DNA of 43,790 bases from the sequence record SRR20825006_2049; one strand, written 5' to 3'. The translations under genes were made by a program, and so were the position numbers. Each line of letters starts with the position of its first letter. Positions within the stretch are counted from its first letter, which is position 1. Positions 34,182 to 42,869 of the stretch are shown here, piece by piece. The notes beneath the pieces are model-generated. The model was not told where the DNA came from. It did no database searches and saw nothing but the letters and a program-made list of their open reading frames with translations.

Positions 34182-35186
34182 ATGAAAACTAGAATTTTAT
34201 CAGGAGCTTTTGCCTTAGCAGCGCTTGTAGCTTGTAAAGAAAAGGAAGAAAAAAACACTGTTGAGGAAATCATTGAGATAGAAGAAGTAGCTCCGGAAAC
34301 CTATGCTGAAATATCGGTAAAAAAAGGCGGTAGCTGGAAAGAAGATACACGAGAATACATTGACGGATCTTTTGAGAATGTAGACGAACTTATAGTTCCT
34401 GAGGAGCATACAGATCATTCTTGGTATATACGCTATGAAGGTCCGGGATGGGAAAATAAGCAAACCGCATACCGTCTGTATTTAGACTGGAGAAATGCAA
34501 TAGATATTTTTGGTAAAAAAGTTGATACACTTGTGCTTCCTTATGTGGGTACAGATGGTTTTGACTCCTATCATAATAATGCACCTTGGGGACAAGATAT
34601 TTTAAAAGCCGGGAAATCTATGGGGATTGGCGGCTACGGAAGATTTACCGGTGATACCATAACACACTTTGATGAAGTTCAGAAAACCAGCGTAAAAGTG
34701 AATAACGAAGCTTCTCAATCAAGTGTGGCAATTAATTATGAAGGTTGGAAAACCGGTGACGTTACAACAGACCTGAAGTCGGTTATCAGTATTTTTCCTG
34801 ATGATCGCTTTTTGAAAGCCGAACTCACACCCAGTATTTCTTTTGATGGCTTAGCTACCGGTATTGTGAAGTTTGAGGAGATTCCTTTAATGCAAGGAAC
34901 AAGTGAAGATGGGTCTTGGGCCTACATCTCAACTTATGGCGTGCAAACATTAGCAGGAGAGCAGGACCAGCTGGGTATGGCAATTTTTTACAAAACCGAA
35001 GATGCAGAGGTTGTTGACGGTCCGCACGATCATTTGGTAGTATTTAAACCTTCAACCGAAACGCAAACCTATTATATTCTAAGTGCATGGGATCAAGAGC
35101 AAAACGGTATTAAATCGAAAGAAGCTTTTGAAAAAGATTTAGCGGAAAAACTGGCTAAACTTGATAACCATGGTGTTTTAGAATAG
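34182..35186 (+). CDS. DUF4861 family lipoprotein
   Basis: Motif EGPGWENKQTAYRLYLDWRNAIDIFGKK, lipobox LVAC, directly after GH105. Confidence 0.8.
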   Translation: MKTRILSGAFALAALVACKEKEEKNTVEEIIEIEEVAPETYAEISVKKGGSWKEDTREYIDGSFENVDELIVPEEHTDHSWYIRYEGPGWENKQTAYRLYLDWRNAIDIFGKKVDTLVLPYVGTDGFDSYHNNAPWGQDILKAGKSMGIGGYGRFTGDTITHFDEVQKTSVKVNNEASQSSVAINYEGWKTGDVTTDLKSVISIFPDDRFLKAELTPSISFDGLATGIVKFEEIPLMQGTSEDGSWAYISTYGVQTLAGEQDQLGMAIFYKTEDAEVVDGPHDHLVVFKPSTETQTYYILSAWDQEQNGIKSKEAFEKDLAEKLAKLDNHGVLE

Positions 35187-35201
35187 CCATACCATACAGT
35201 A

Positions 35202-35236
35202 CAGGATAAGGAAAGCACTTAACCTTTTTAAATTTG
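35202..35236 (+). promoter_or_regulatory. Upstream kduI promoter: CAGGATAA-N19-TAAATTTG
   Basis: CAGGATAA at 35202-35209 and -7 element at 35229-35236, with the same spacing as the two minus-strand PUL promoters. Confidence 0.65.
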
Positions 35237-35268
35237 GGTTTAGAGAAAATTAATGTTCCATTTAAATA

Positions 35269-35309
35269 AAATGTAAATTTTACATTTAAAAAATAGAATT
35301 GTAGCTTTG
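35269..35309 (+). promoter_or_regulatory. Perfect palindrome AAATGTAAA-T-TTTACATTT plus a second -7 element (TAGCTTTG) for kduI
   Basis: Palindrome at 35269-35287; TAnnTTTG at 35302-35309. Confidence 0.55.
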
Positions 35310-35346
35310 AGAGATAACTTAAAGTGTAAACAGAAAAAATAATTCC

Positions 35347-36180
35347 ATGACAAAATCAGAATTTAGATACGCACATCATCCTGAGGATGTAAAAAGATAT
35401 ACTACTAAAGAACTTAGAGAGCACTTTTTAATTCCGGAGTTGTTCGTTAAAAATGAGATCAATCTTACCTATACAATGTATGACAGGTATATCGCCGGAG
35501 GTGCATTTCCTGTTGATCAAGCGGTAAAACTTGAGCCTATAGATGATCTAAAAGCTGAGCATTTTCTTGATCGTCGCGAATTAGGAGTTATCAATGTAGG
35601 AGGAAAAGGTAAAATCACCGTTGATGGTGAGGTTTATGAATTGGGTAATAAGGAAGCACTTTACGTAGGTAAAGGTGTGAAAGAGGTTGTATTTGAAGCT
35701 ACTGAGGAGCAGCCGTATTTTTATATCAATTCGGCACCTGCACATCACGCGTATCCCACAAAAAAGGTAACTAAAAAAGAAGCCGAAATTGTAGAACTGG
35801 GTGATACAAAATATTCTAACAAACGTGTGATCAATAAATTATTGGTTAACAGTGTGGTTGATACGTGTCAACTTCAAATGGGGATGACAGAGCTGCAAGA
35901 AGGTAATGTTTGGAACACCATGCCGGCGCATACACATACCCGAAGAATGGAAGTATACTTCTATTTTGATCTTGAAGAAGGGCAAACCATAAGTCACTTT
36001 ATGGGACAGCCAGACGAGACCCGTCACGTATTTATGAAAAATCACCAGGCGATCATTTCACCAGAGTGGTCTATTCATTCCGGGGCAGGTACCTCAAACT
36101 ATACGTTTATTTGGGGAATGGCCGGTGAGAATATGGATTACGGCGATATGGATGGCGTTTCACCAGAAGATTTAAAATAA
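35347..36180 (+). CDS. kduI: 5-dehydro-4-deoxy-D-glucuronate isomerase
   Basis: Motifs LR..FLI..LF, FL.RRELG.IN.GG.G, WNTMPAHTH.RRMEVYFYF and SP.WSIHSG.GT.NY.FIWGM.GEN. Confidence 0.96.
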   Translation: MTKSEFRYAHHPEDVKRYTTKELREHFLIPELFVKNEINLTYTMYDRYIAGGAFPVDQAVKLEPIDDLKAEHFLDRRELGVINVGGKGKITVDGEVYELGNKEALYVGKGVKEVVFEATEEQPYFYINSAPAHHAYPTKKVTKKEAEIVELGDTKYSNKRVINKLLVNSVVDTCQLQMGMTELQEGNVWNTMPAHTHTRRMEVYFYFDLEEGQTISHFMGQPDETRHVFMKNHQAIISPEWSIHSGAGTSNYTFIWGMAGENMDYGDMDGVSPEDLK

Positions 36181-36181
36181 G

Positions 36182-36943
36182 ATGAGTTTATTCAGTTTAA
36201 AAGGAAAGACTGCACTAGTCACCGGATGCAAACGAGGAATAGGCTTCGCAATGGCCGAAGCTTTAGCCGAAGCCGGAGCTGATATTCTTGGAGTTTCAGC
36301 TTCTTTAGAAACTTCAGGCTCAGCGATTGAAAAGGCGGTGAAAGCCGCTGGAAGCAGTTTTAAAGGATATCAGTGTGATTTTTCAGATCGTAAATCGCTT
36401 TATGCATTTATAGAAAAGGTAAAATCAGAAAATGATTCCATAGATATTTTAGTCAATAACGCCGGTACGATTTTACGTGCTCCGGCAGCAGAACATAGCG
36501 ACGAATACTGGGATAAGGTAATTGAAGTAAACCAGAATGCGCAGTTTATATTAAGTCGTGAGTTGGGTAAAGAAATGGTAAAACGCGGCAGCGGAAAGAT
36601 CATTTTTACCGCCTCGTTATTAACCTTTCAAGGCGGTATTACCGTCCCTGGTTATGCGGCTTCAAAAGGAGCGATCGGTCAACTTACGATGGCTTTATCT
36701 AATGAATGGGCCGGTAAGGGCGTTCAGGTTAATGCGATTGCTCCGGGATATATTGCTACAGATAATACCGAAGCATTACGCGACGATCCTGATCGAAGCA
36801 GTTCAATTTTGGCGAGAATTCCGGCAGGAAGATGGGGAAAACCCGAAGACTTTAAAGGACCGATCATATTCTTGGCTTCTCAAGCCAGCGATTATATGAG
36901 CGGAACCGTAATGACCGTAGATGGCGGTTGGATGGGAAGATAA
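36182..36943 (+). CDS. kduD: 2-dehydro-3-deoxy-D-gluconate 5-dehydrogenase (SDR family)
   Basis: Motifs TGCKRGIG, NNAG, ASLLTFQGGITVPGYAASKG, NAIAPGY.AT.NT..LR.D and VDGGW; adjacent to kduI. Confidence 0.9.
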   Translation: MSLFSLKGKTALVTGCKRGIGFAMAEALAEAGADILGVSASLETSGSAIEKAVKAAGSSFKGYQCDFSDRKSLYAFIEKVKSENDSIDILVNNAGTILRAPAAEHSDEYWDKVIEVNQNAQFILSRELGKEMVKRGSGKIIFTASLLTFQGGITVPGYAASKGAIGQLTMALSNEWAGKGVQVNAIAPGYIATDNTEALRDDPDRSSSILARIPAGRWGKPEDFKGPIIFLASQASDYMSGTVMTVDGGWMGR

Positions 36944-36967
36944 ATCTCATCATAAAAATTTAAGATC

Positions 36968-38392
36968 ATGAGTACAGGTACAGCAGCACAGGTTAAAAAC
37001 ACATTTATAAAAGACAGTTTTCTTTTAGAAAATAAATATGCTGAAGAACTTTATCATAAATACGCTGCTCCGCAGCCTATTATTGACTACCACAATCATT
37101 TGCCACCGGCAGAGATTGTAGCCGATAGACAATTTGAGAACATTTCAAGGGTATGGCTTAACGGGGATCACTATAAGTGGCGTGCGATGCGCACCTTGGG
37201 TGTAAATGAGCGTTTTATTACGGGTGATGCTTCAGATGAAGAGAAGTTTATGGCTTGGGCCAAAACTGTTCCGTACACCTTGCGTAATCCATTGTATCAC
37301 TGGACGCATTTAGAATTGAAGCGTTATTTTGATATTGATGAGCTGCTTAATGAACACAGCGGTCCGGAAATTTATGAAGAAGTTAATCGCCAGTTACAGC
37401 TTAAAGAAAACAGCTGTCGCGGGTTATTGACCCAAATGAATGTAGAAACTGTTTGTACTACCGAAGATCCTTTAGATACCTTAAAACATCATCAGGCTTA
37501 TGATGGCGCTGATGGCGGACTCAAGATGAGCACCGCTTTTAGACCAGATAAAGCGATTTTAATAGAAGCCGAAGATTTCAATACGTATCTTGATAAGTTG
37601 GCTGAAGTTTCCGGAGTTTCTATTGTGTTGTATGCAGATTTACAGGAAGCTTTACGTCAGCGTATCGACTTTTTTCATAAAAATGGATGCCGACTTTGCG
37701 ACCACGGCTTGAATCAAATCTCGTGGTCAGCATTTACAGCTTCGGAAATTCAAGAAATTTTTAAGAAACGCCGTGGCGGTGCCAGTTTGTCTTCCGTAGA
37801 AATTGAAAAATTTAAGACAGCCATTTTACTCTTTTTAGGAGAAACCTATCACGAGTTGGGATGGGTGCAGCAATTTCACTTAGGCGCTTTGCGCAACAAT
37901 AATAAGCGTATGCTGGCGCAATTGGGACCAGATACCGGTTGGGATTCTATTGGGGATTATTCTCAAGCAGAAGCCTTATCAGGATTTTTAAATGCCCTTG
38001 ACAGCAATGATAAATTGACCAAAACCATTATCTACAACCTCAATCCTTCAGATAATGAAGTGATGGCTACGATGATTGGTAATTTTAATGACGGAAGCGT
38101 TAAAGGGAAAGTTCAATTAGGTTCCGGATGGTGGTTTTTAGATCAGAAAGACGGAATGGAAAAGCAAATGAATGCGCTTTCTAATATGGGCTTGATCAGT
38201 TGTTTTGTTGGGATGCTAACAGACAGCCGAAGCTTTTTGTCATTTCCGAGGCACGAATATTTTAGACGTGTGCTTTGTAATCTGTTTGGTAAAGAGATCG
38301 CTTCGGGCGAAATCCCAAATGATATGGATTTGGTAGGGCAGACGATTGCCAATATCAGTTATCACAATGCTAAAGAATATTTCAACTTCTAG
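36968..38392 (+). CDS. uxaC: Uronate (glucuronate/galacturonate) isomerase
   Basis: Motifs PIIDYHNHL, GDHYKWRAMR, NPLYHWTHLEL, GSGWWFLDQ and GMLTDSRSFLSFPRHEYFRR. Confidence 0.96.
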   Translation: MSTGTAAQVKNTFIKDSFLLENKYAEELYHKYAAPQPIIDYHNHLPPAEIVADRQFENISRVWLNGDHYKWRAMRTLGVNERFITGDASDEEKFMAWAKTVPYTLRNPLYHWTHLELKRYFDIDELLNEHSGPEIYEEVNRQLQLKENSCRGLLTQMNVETVCTTEDPLDTLKHHQAYDGADGGLKMSTAFRPDKAILIEAEDFNTYLDKLAEVSGVSIVLYADLQEALRQRIDFFHKNGCRLCDHGLNQISWSAFTASEIQEIFKKRRGGASLSSVEIEKFKTAILLFLGETYHELGWVQQFHLGALRNNNKRMLAQLGPDTGWDSIGDYSQAEALSGFLNALDSNDKLTKTIIYNLNPSDNEVMATMIGNFNDGSVKGKVQLGSGWWFLDQKDGMEKQMNALSNMGLISCFVGMLTDSRSFLSFPRHEYFRRVLCNLFGKEIASGEIPNDMDLVGQTIANISYHNAKEYFNF

Positions 38393-38397
38393 ACCTA

Positions 38398-39411
38398 ATG
38401 CGTAACACTCCAGACATAATCACCTTTGGCGAAGTGCTGCTACGATTGTCACCTGCAGAAAACCGAAAATTGACGCAGGCCAAGTCGTTAGATTTTTTCT
38501 TTGGCGGTACCGAAATGAATGTTGGTGCTTCTCTAGCAGTTTTAGGAGAGTCGGTAAAACACATAACCGCTGTTTCTGACGACCTAGTGGGCGAAGCCGC
38601 CCTTGCAAGTATGCGACACTATGGCCTTGATGTTGCTGATGTTCAGAAAGTCGCGCACCCTATAGGCCAATACGTACTTGAAGTTGGTTCGGGAATGCGT
38701 AGCAGTCAGATTGCATACAACCGTTTAAATGGATCGTTTGCAAATATTCAGCCTGAAAACATAGCTTGGGATGCAATTTTTGAGAATGCTCAATTTTTTC
38801 ATTGGACTGGGATTACCCCGGCGATTTCAGAAGCAGCATATCAAGCTTTAAAAGCAGGACTTGTATCTGCGAAAGAAAGAGGTTTGCAGATTACTGCAGA
38901 TCCTGCATACCGCAGTAATTTATGGCAGTATGGGCGAAAAGGGCAAGAGGTCTTAAAAGAATTAGTAAGTCTATCTACCATTTTTATTGGTGGCGTAAAT
39001 GAGATCAATGAAATTCTTGGAACTTCTTACGGGCTAGATCAAGATGGATTTATCGCAGCCAGTAAAAAGTTGATGGAAGAATGCCCAAGCATTACACAGA
39101 TTTTTGATAAGGTCAGAACCGGTATGAGCGCTTCCTGGCAAAAGATCTACGGAAGAGCTTGGGTAGATAATACCTATATTGAAACATCAGAATTAGAGAT
39201 TACACAGGTGGTGGATCGAATTGGAACCGGTGATGCCTACGCAGCCGGACTCATATACGGTTTGCTGCATTTTGATGCCGAAAAAGCACTGAATTTTGCC
39301 AACGCGGCGTGTGCATTAAAGCACACCATTTTAGGAGATGTTAATCTGGTTTCTGTTGCTGAGATCAATGAGGTGATGCAAGGAAATACCGGTGGAAGAA
39401 TCAAAAGATAA
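38398..39411 (+). CDS. kdgK: 2-keto-3-deoxygluconate kinase (PfkB family)
   Basis: Motifs TFGEVLLRLSP, FHWTGITPA, DRIGTGDAYAAG and LKHTI.GD; pathway context. Confidence 0.87.
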   Translation: MRNTPDIITFGEVLLRLSPAENRKLTQAKSLDFFFGGTEMNVGASLAVLGESVKHITAVSDDLVGEAALASMRHYGLDVADVQKVAHPIGQYVLEVGSGMRSSQIAYNRLNGSFANIQPENIAWDAIFENAQFFHWTGITPAISEAAYQALKAGLVSAKERGLQITADPAYRSNLWQYGRKGQEVLKELVSLSTIFIGGVNEINEILGTSYGLDQDGFIAASKKLMEECPSITQIFDKVRTGMSASWQKIYGRAWVDNTYIETSELEITQVVDRIGTGDAYAAGLIYGLLHFDAEKALNFANAACALKHTILGDVNLVSVAEINEVMQGNTGGRIKR

Positions 39412-39422
39412 AACAATAATAA

Positions 39423-40094
39423 ATGGCTAAATATTCACGTATAGAAGTGGTGCTTCAGATGAAAGAAAACGGAATTGTTCCGGTTTTTTATAATGCTGAT
39501 GTAGCGATCTGCAAGCAGGTTTTAAAAGCTTGTTATGATGCAGGCTTACGCACTTTTGAGTTTACGAATCGCGGAGACTTTGCTCACGAAGTTTTCGCTG
39601 ATTTAAATAAATATGCGAAGGCAGAACTGCAGGGGATGATGATGGGAGTAGGCTCTGTGCTAGATGCAGGAACCACATCTTTATATCTTCAATTGGGAGC
39701 AGACTTTATTGTATCTCCAATTGTCAATGCTGAAATGGCAAAAGCGTGTAACCGTAGAAAAGTAGCCTGGATGCCGGGTTGCGGTTCGGTTACTGAAATT
39801 TCTTATGCTGAAGAGTTGGGTGCTGAGGTCGTTAAAATCTTTCCGGGAGCGCAGGTAGGTGGCCCTGCTTTTGTAAAAGGAGTAAAAGGACCTTTACCTT
39901 GGGCTAGTATAATGCCTACAGGTGGTGTGAGCCCCACCGAAGAAAACTTAAAAGAGTGGATTGCAGCCGGAGTACACTGCGTGGGGATCGGGTCTAAACT
40001 TTTTATAAAAAATACAGAAGGAGCCTACGATTATGCTGCGATCACGCAAACGATCAGCTCGGCGCTTGATCTTGTTAAAAAATTACGCTCATGA
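39423..40094 (+). CDS. kdgA: KDPG/KHG aldolase
   Basis: Motifs FEFTNRG, GVGSV.D, GADFIVSP, VKIFPG and MPTGGV. Confidence 0.92.
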   Translation: MAKYSRIEVVLQMKENGIVPVFYNADVAICKQVLKACYDAGLRTFEFTNRGDFAHEVFADLNKYAKAELQGMMMGVGSVLDAGTTSLYLQLGADFIVSPIVNAEMAKACNRRKVAWMPGCGSVTEISYAEELGAEVVKIFPGAQVGGPAFVKGVKGPLPWASIMPTGGVSPTEENLKEWIAAGVHCVGIGSKLFIKNTEGAYDYAAITQTISSALDLVKKLRS

Positions 40095-41083
40095 GCAGGC
40101 TGAAGAATTTTATTTTAATAGTTCTTGCCGTAGTTGGCCTTGTATGCCAGACTGCTTGTAAAGAAGCTTCAGATTCTCGCGTGATCAAACTGGCGCATGG
40201 TCTTGATGTGTCGCACCCGGTGCATAAGGCGATGGTTTTTATGGGCGAGCGTCTCAAAGAAAAATCGACCGGAAAGCTCAGTTTAGATATTTACCCCAGC
40301 CAGCAATTGGGTTCTGAGCGCGAATGTCTAGAACTGTTGCAAATAGGAAGTTTGGGGATGACTAAAGTGTCCACCGGTGTACTTGAGAATTTTGCACCGC
40401 AACTTAAAGTATTCGGTCTTCCTTTTTTGTTTAGAGATGCAGAACATCGGTTTGCGGTTCTAGAAGGTGAGATCGGGGAGCAATTGCTGAGTTCGAGTAT
40501 TCCGCAGCGTCTTAAAGGCTTGACGTTTTACGACGCCGGTAGCCGCAGCTTTTATACTAAAAAACCGGTAGAAACTCCAGAAGATCTAAAAGGATTAAAA
40601 CTACGTGTGATGGAAAGTCAGACGGCGATGAATATGGTTAAAAACCTTGGAGGTTCTCCTACTCCAATTGCCTGGGGCGAACTCTATACAGCTTTGCAAC
40701 AAGGGGTTGTGGATGGTGCAGAAAATAACTTGCCTAGTTTTTACCTGTCGCATCATTATGAGGTATGTAAATACTTTGTAGTGGACGAGCACACTGCGCT
40801 ACCTGATGAGTTGTTGATAAGCACGCTTATCTGGGATGATCTTTCTGAAGAAGAACAGCGCTGGGTAAAAGAGGCAGCTGATGAATCGCTGGCTTTTGAA
40901 AAGGAAATTTGGCACGAAGCCGAAATGGAAGCACTAGCCGAAATCAAGAAGGCCGGAGTAGAGATAATTACACCAGATAAAGAACCGTTTCGCAATCGTG
41001 TGAAATCAATGTATGAGGAGTTTTCACAGAATCCTGAGATGAAAAAGCTAATAGAACAAATTCAAGCCGTTAAAACCAATTAG
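40091..41083 (+). CDS. dctP: TRAP transporter substrate-binding protein (DctP family), probable lipoprotein
   Basis: Motifs YP..QLG.E, DLKGLKLRV and ELYTALQQGVVDGAEN; lipobox-like QTAC. Confidence 0.92.
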   Translation: MSRLKNFILIVLAVVGLVCQTACKEASDSRVIKLAHGLDVSHPVHKAMVFMGERLKEKSTGKLSLDIYPSQQLGSERECLELLQIGSLGMTKVSTGVLENFAPQLKVFGLPFLFRDAEHRFAVLEGEIGEQLLSSSIPQRLKGLTFYDAGSRSFYTKKPVETPEDLKGLKLRVMESQTAMNMVKNLGGSPTPIAWGELYTALQQGVVDGAENNLPSFYLSHHYEVCKYFVVDEHTALPDELLISTLIWDDLSEEEQRWVKEAADESLAFEKEIWHEAEMEALAEIKKAGVEIITPDKEPFRNRVKSMYEEFSQNPEMKKLIEQIQAVKTN

Positions 41084-41086
41084 AGT

Positions 41087-41557
41087 ATGAAAAAAAGATT
41101 AGACAAAATTTTAGGAGGCATCTTGGTTTTTCTGATGGCTTCAATCGTTATCGCTGTGCTGTGGCAGGTCTTTTCTAGATATGTGCTACAAGCTGCTAGC
41201 TCGTTTACAGAAGAAATTGCGCGCTTCTTGCTGATCTGGATCGGTATTTTGGGAGCGGCTTATGCTGCCGGGCAACAAGATCACTTAGCGATTAACATAC
41301 TTCCACCTAAACTCAACGTCAAAAACCGGATTAAACTGCGAATGGGGATTAATATTTTGATCATTTTATTCGCGCTTTTTGCTTTGATCGTTGGCGGCAT
41401 CAATTTGGTGTACGTTAATTTTGAACTTGGGCAATATTCTGCAGCATTAGGCCTGCCGCTTGGTTTTGTCTATGCCGTGTTACCTATAAGTGGCGCATTG
41501 ATCATTTGGTATAAGATCATCGAATTAGCGAACCCTCAAAAATATTTAGCATCATGA
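41087..41557 (+). CDS. dctQ: TRAP transporter small permease
   Basis: Motif QVFSRYVL....FTEEIARFLLIW...LGA, four TM segments. Confidence 0.9.
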   Translation: MKKRLDKILGGILVFLMASIVIAVLWQVFSRYVLQAASSFTEEIARFLLIWIGILGAAYAAGQQDHLAINILPPKLNVKNRIKLRMGINILIILFALFALIVGGINLVYVNFELGQYSAALGLPLGFVYAVLPISGALIIWYKIIELANPQKYLAS

Positions 41558-42840
41558 TAGAAGTATTAATTCTGGTACTGGTTTTCTTTGTGCTTCTGGG
41601 TATTGGGGTGCCTGTGGCTTGGTCTATTGGGATTTCCTGTTTATTGACCATCATGGTATCTATTGATTCGCTAGCCAGTGTCACCACAATTGCGCAGCGT
41701 ATGGCTACCGGTTTAGATAGTTTTTCGCTGTTGGCTATACCTTTATTTGTGCTTGCCGGTCAAATTATGAATCAAGGCGGAATAGCACTTCGACTTATTA
41801 ATTTTGCTAAAGCGCTTATGGGCGCGCTACCCGGAGGACTGATCTATGTGAATGTTATAGCAGCGATGCTTTTTGGTGCAATTTCAGGTTCTGCGGTAGC
41901 AGCAACTTCAGCGATTGGAGGGATTTTAGGACCCTTTATGGAAAAAGAAAATTACTCTAAAGAATTTGGAGCGGCGATCAATATTACGGCTTCGACCACA
42001 GGATTGATCATTCCTCCTTCTAATGTGTTGATCGTGTATTCACTTGCGAGCGGCGGTGTCTCTATCGCTTCATTATTCCTTGCAGGATATATACCCGGAA
42101 TTTTAATGGGACTCGCACTAATGTTAGTGGCTACCTTCTGGATCAAAAAGAAAAAATATCCTGCAGGTGAACGCAGTAGTTTTGGGACGATACTTAAAAC
42201 CTTTTTAGATGCTTTGCCTAGTTTGTTGCTGCTAGTCGTTGTAATTGGCGGAATTGTAACCGGTGTTTTTACAGCAACTGAAGCCTCAGGAATTGCAGTG
42301 CTGTATTGCTTAGTGCTTTCGTTTGTGTACCGCGAACTAAAAGTTTCGAGTCTTAAGAGCATTTTCTTAAGCTCTGTGGGTACCACGGCGATTGTGATGC
42401 TCTTGATCGCTACATCAATGAGTATGTCGTGGGTAATGTCTTTTGAGAACATTCCTCAAAATGTGAGTTCAGCATTACTTTCTCTTAGCGACAATAAACT
42501 GGTTATCCTGATCATCATCAACGTTCTTTTACTCTTTGTAGGAACTTTTATGGATATGACTCCGGCAGTCTTGATATTTACGCCTATATTCCTTCCGGTG
42601 GTTACCAGTATGGGAGTTGAGCCGGTTCAATTTGGAATCATGATGGTAATGAACCTTTGTGTGGGACTATGTACCCCGCCGGTGGGCGCAGTATTATTTA
42701 TCGGAGTAGGAGTGGCAAAAACTTCAATTCAGAAGATAATGAAACCCCTGTTGCCCCTTTATGCAGTAATGGCCATCGTTTTATTGATGGTAACTTTTAT
42801 TCCGGCGATAAGCCTGTGGTTACCTTCATTATTTGAATAA
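41554..42840 (+). CDS. dctM: TRAP transporter large permease
   Basis: Motifs LLAIPLF.LAG.IM..GG, FGAISGSA.A, IIPPS, FTATEA and TPPVG. Confidence 0.93.
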   Translation: MIEVLILVLVFFVLLGIGVPVAWSIGISCLLTIMVSIDSLASVTTIAQRMATGLDSFSLLAIPLFVLAGQIMNQGGIALRLINFAKALMGALPGGLIYVNVIAAMLFGAISGSAVAATSAIGGILGPFMEKENYSKEFGAAINITASTTGLIIPPSNVLIVYSLASGGVSIASLFLAGYIPGILMGLALMLVATFWIKKKKYPAGERSSFGTILKTFLDALPSLLLLVVVIGGIVTGVFTATEASGIAVLYCLVLSFVYRELKVSSLKSIFLSSVGTTAIVMLLIATSMSMSWVMSFENIPQNVSSALLSLSDNKLVILIIINVLLLFVGTFMDMTPAVLIFTPIFLPVVTSMGVEPVQFGIMMVMNLCVGLCTPPVGAVLFIGVGVAKTSIQKIMKPLLPLYAVMAIVLLMVTFIPAISLWLPSLFE

Positions 42841-42869
42841 TTAATTAACGCATCAACCAGATAAACCCT

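Noticed and set aside
1131-42452. Numerous short ORF-track entries nested in or antisense to long genes (for example 2320-2670, 8811-9110, 10484-10810, 17328-17636, 41952-42452)
   Set aside because: They overlap well-supported CDSs and have no recognisable motifs, as expected for shadow ORFs.
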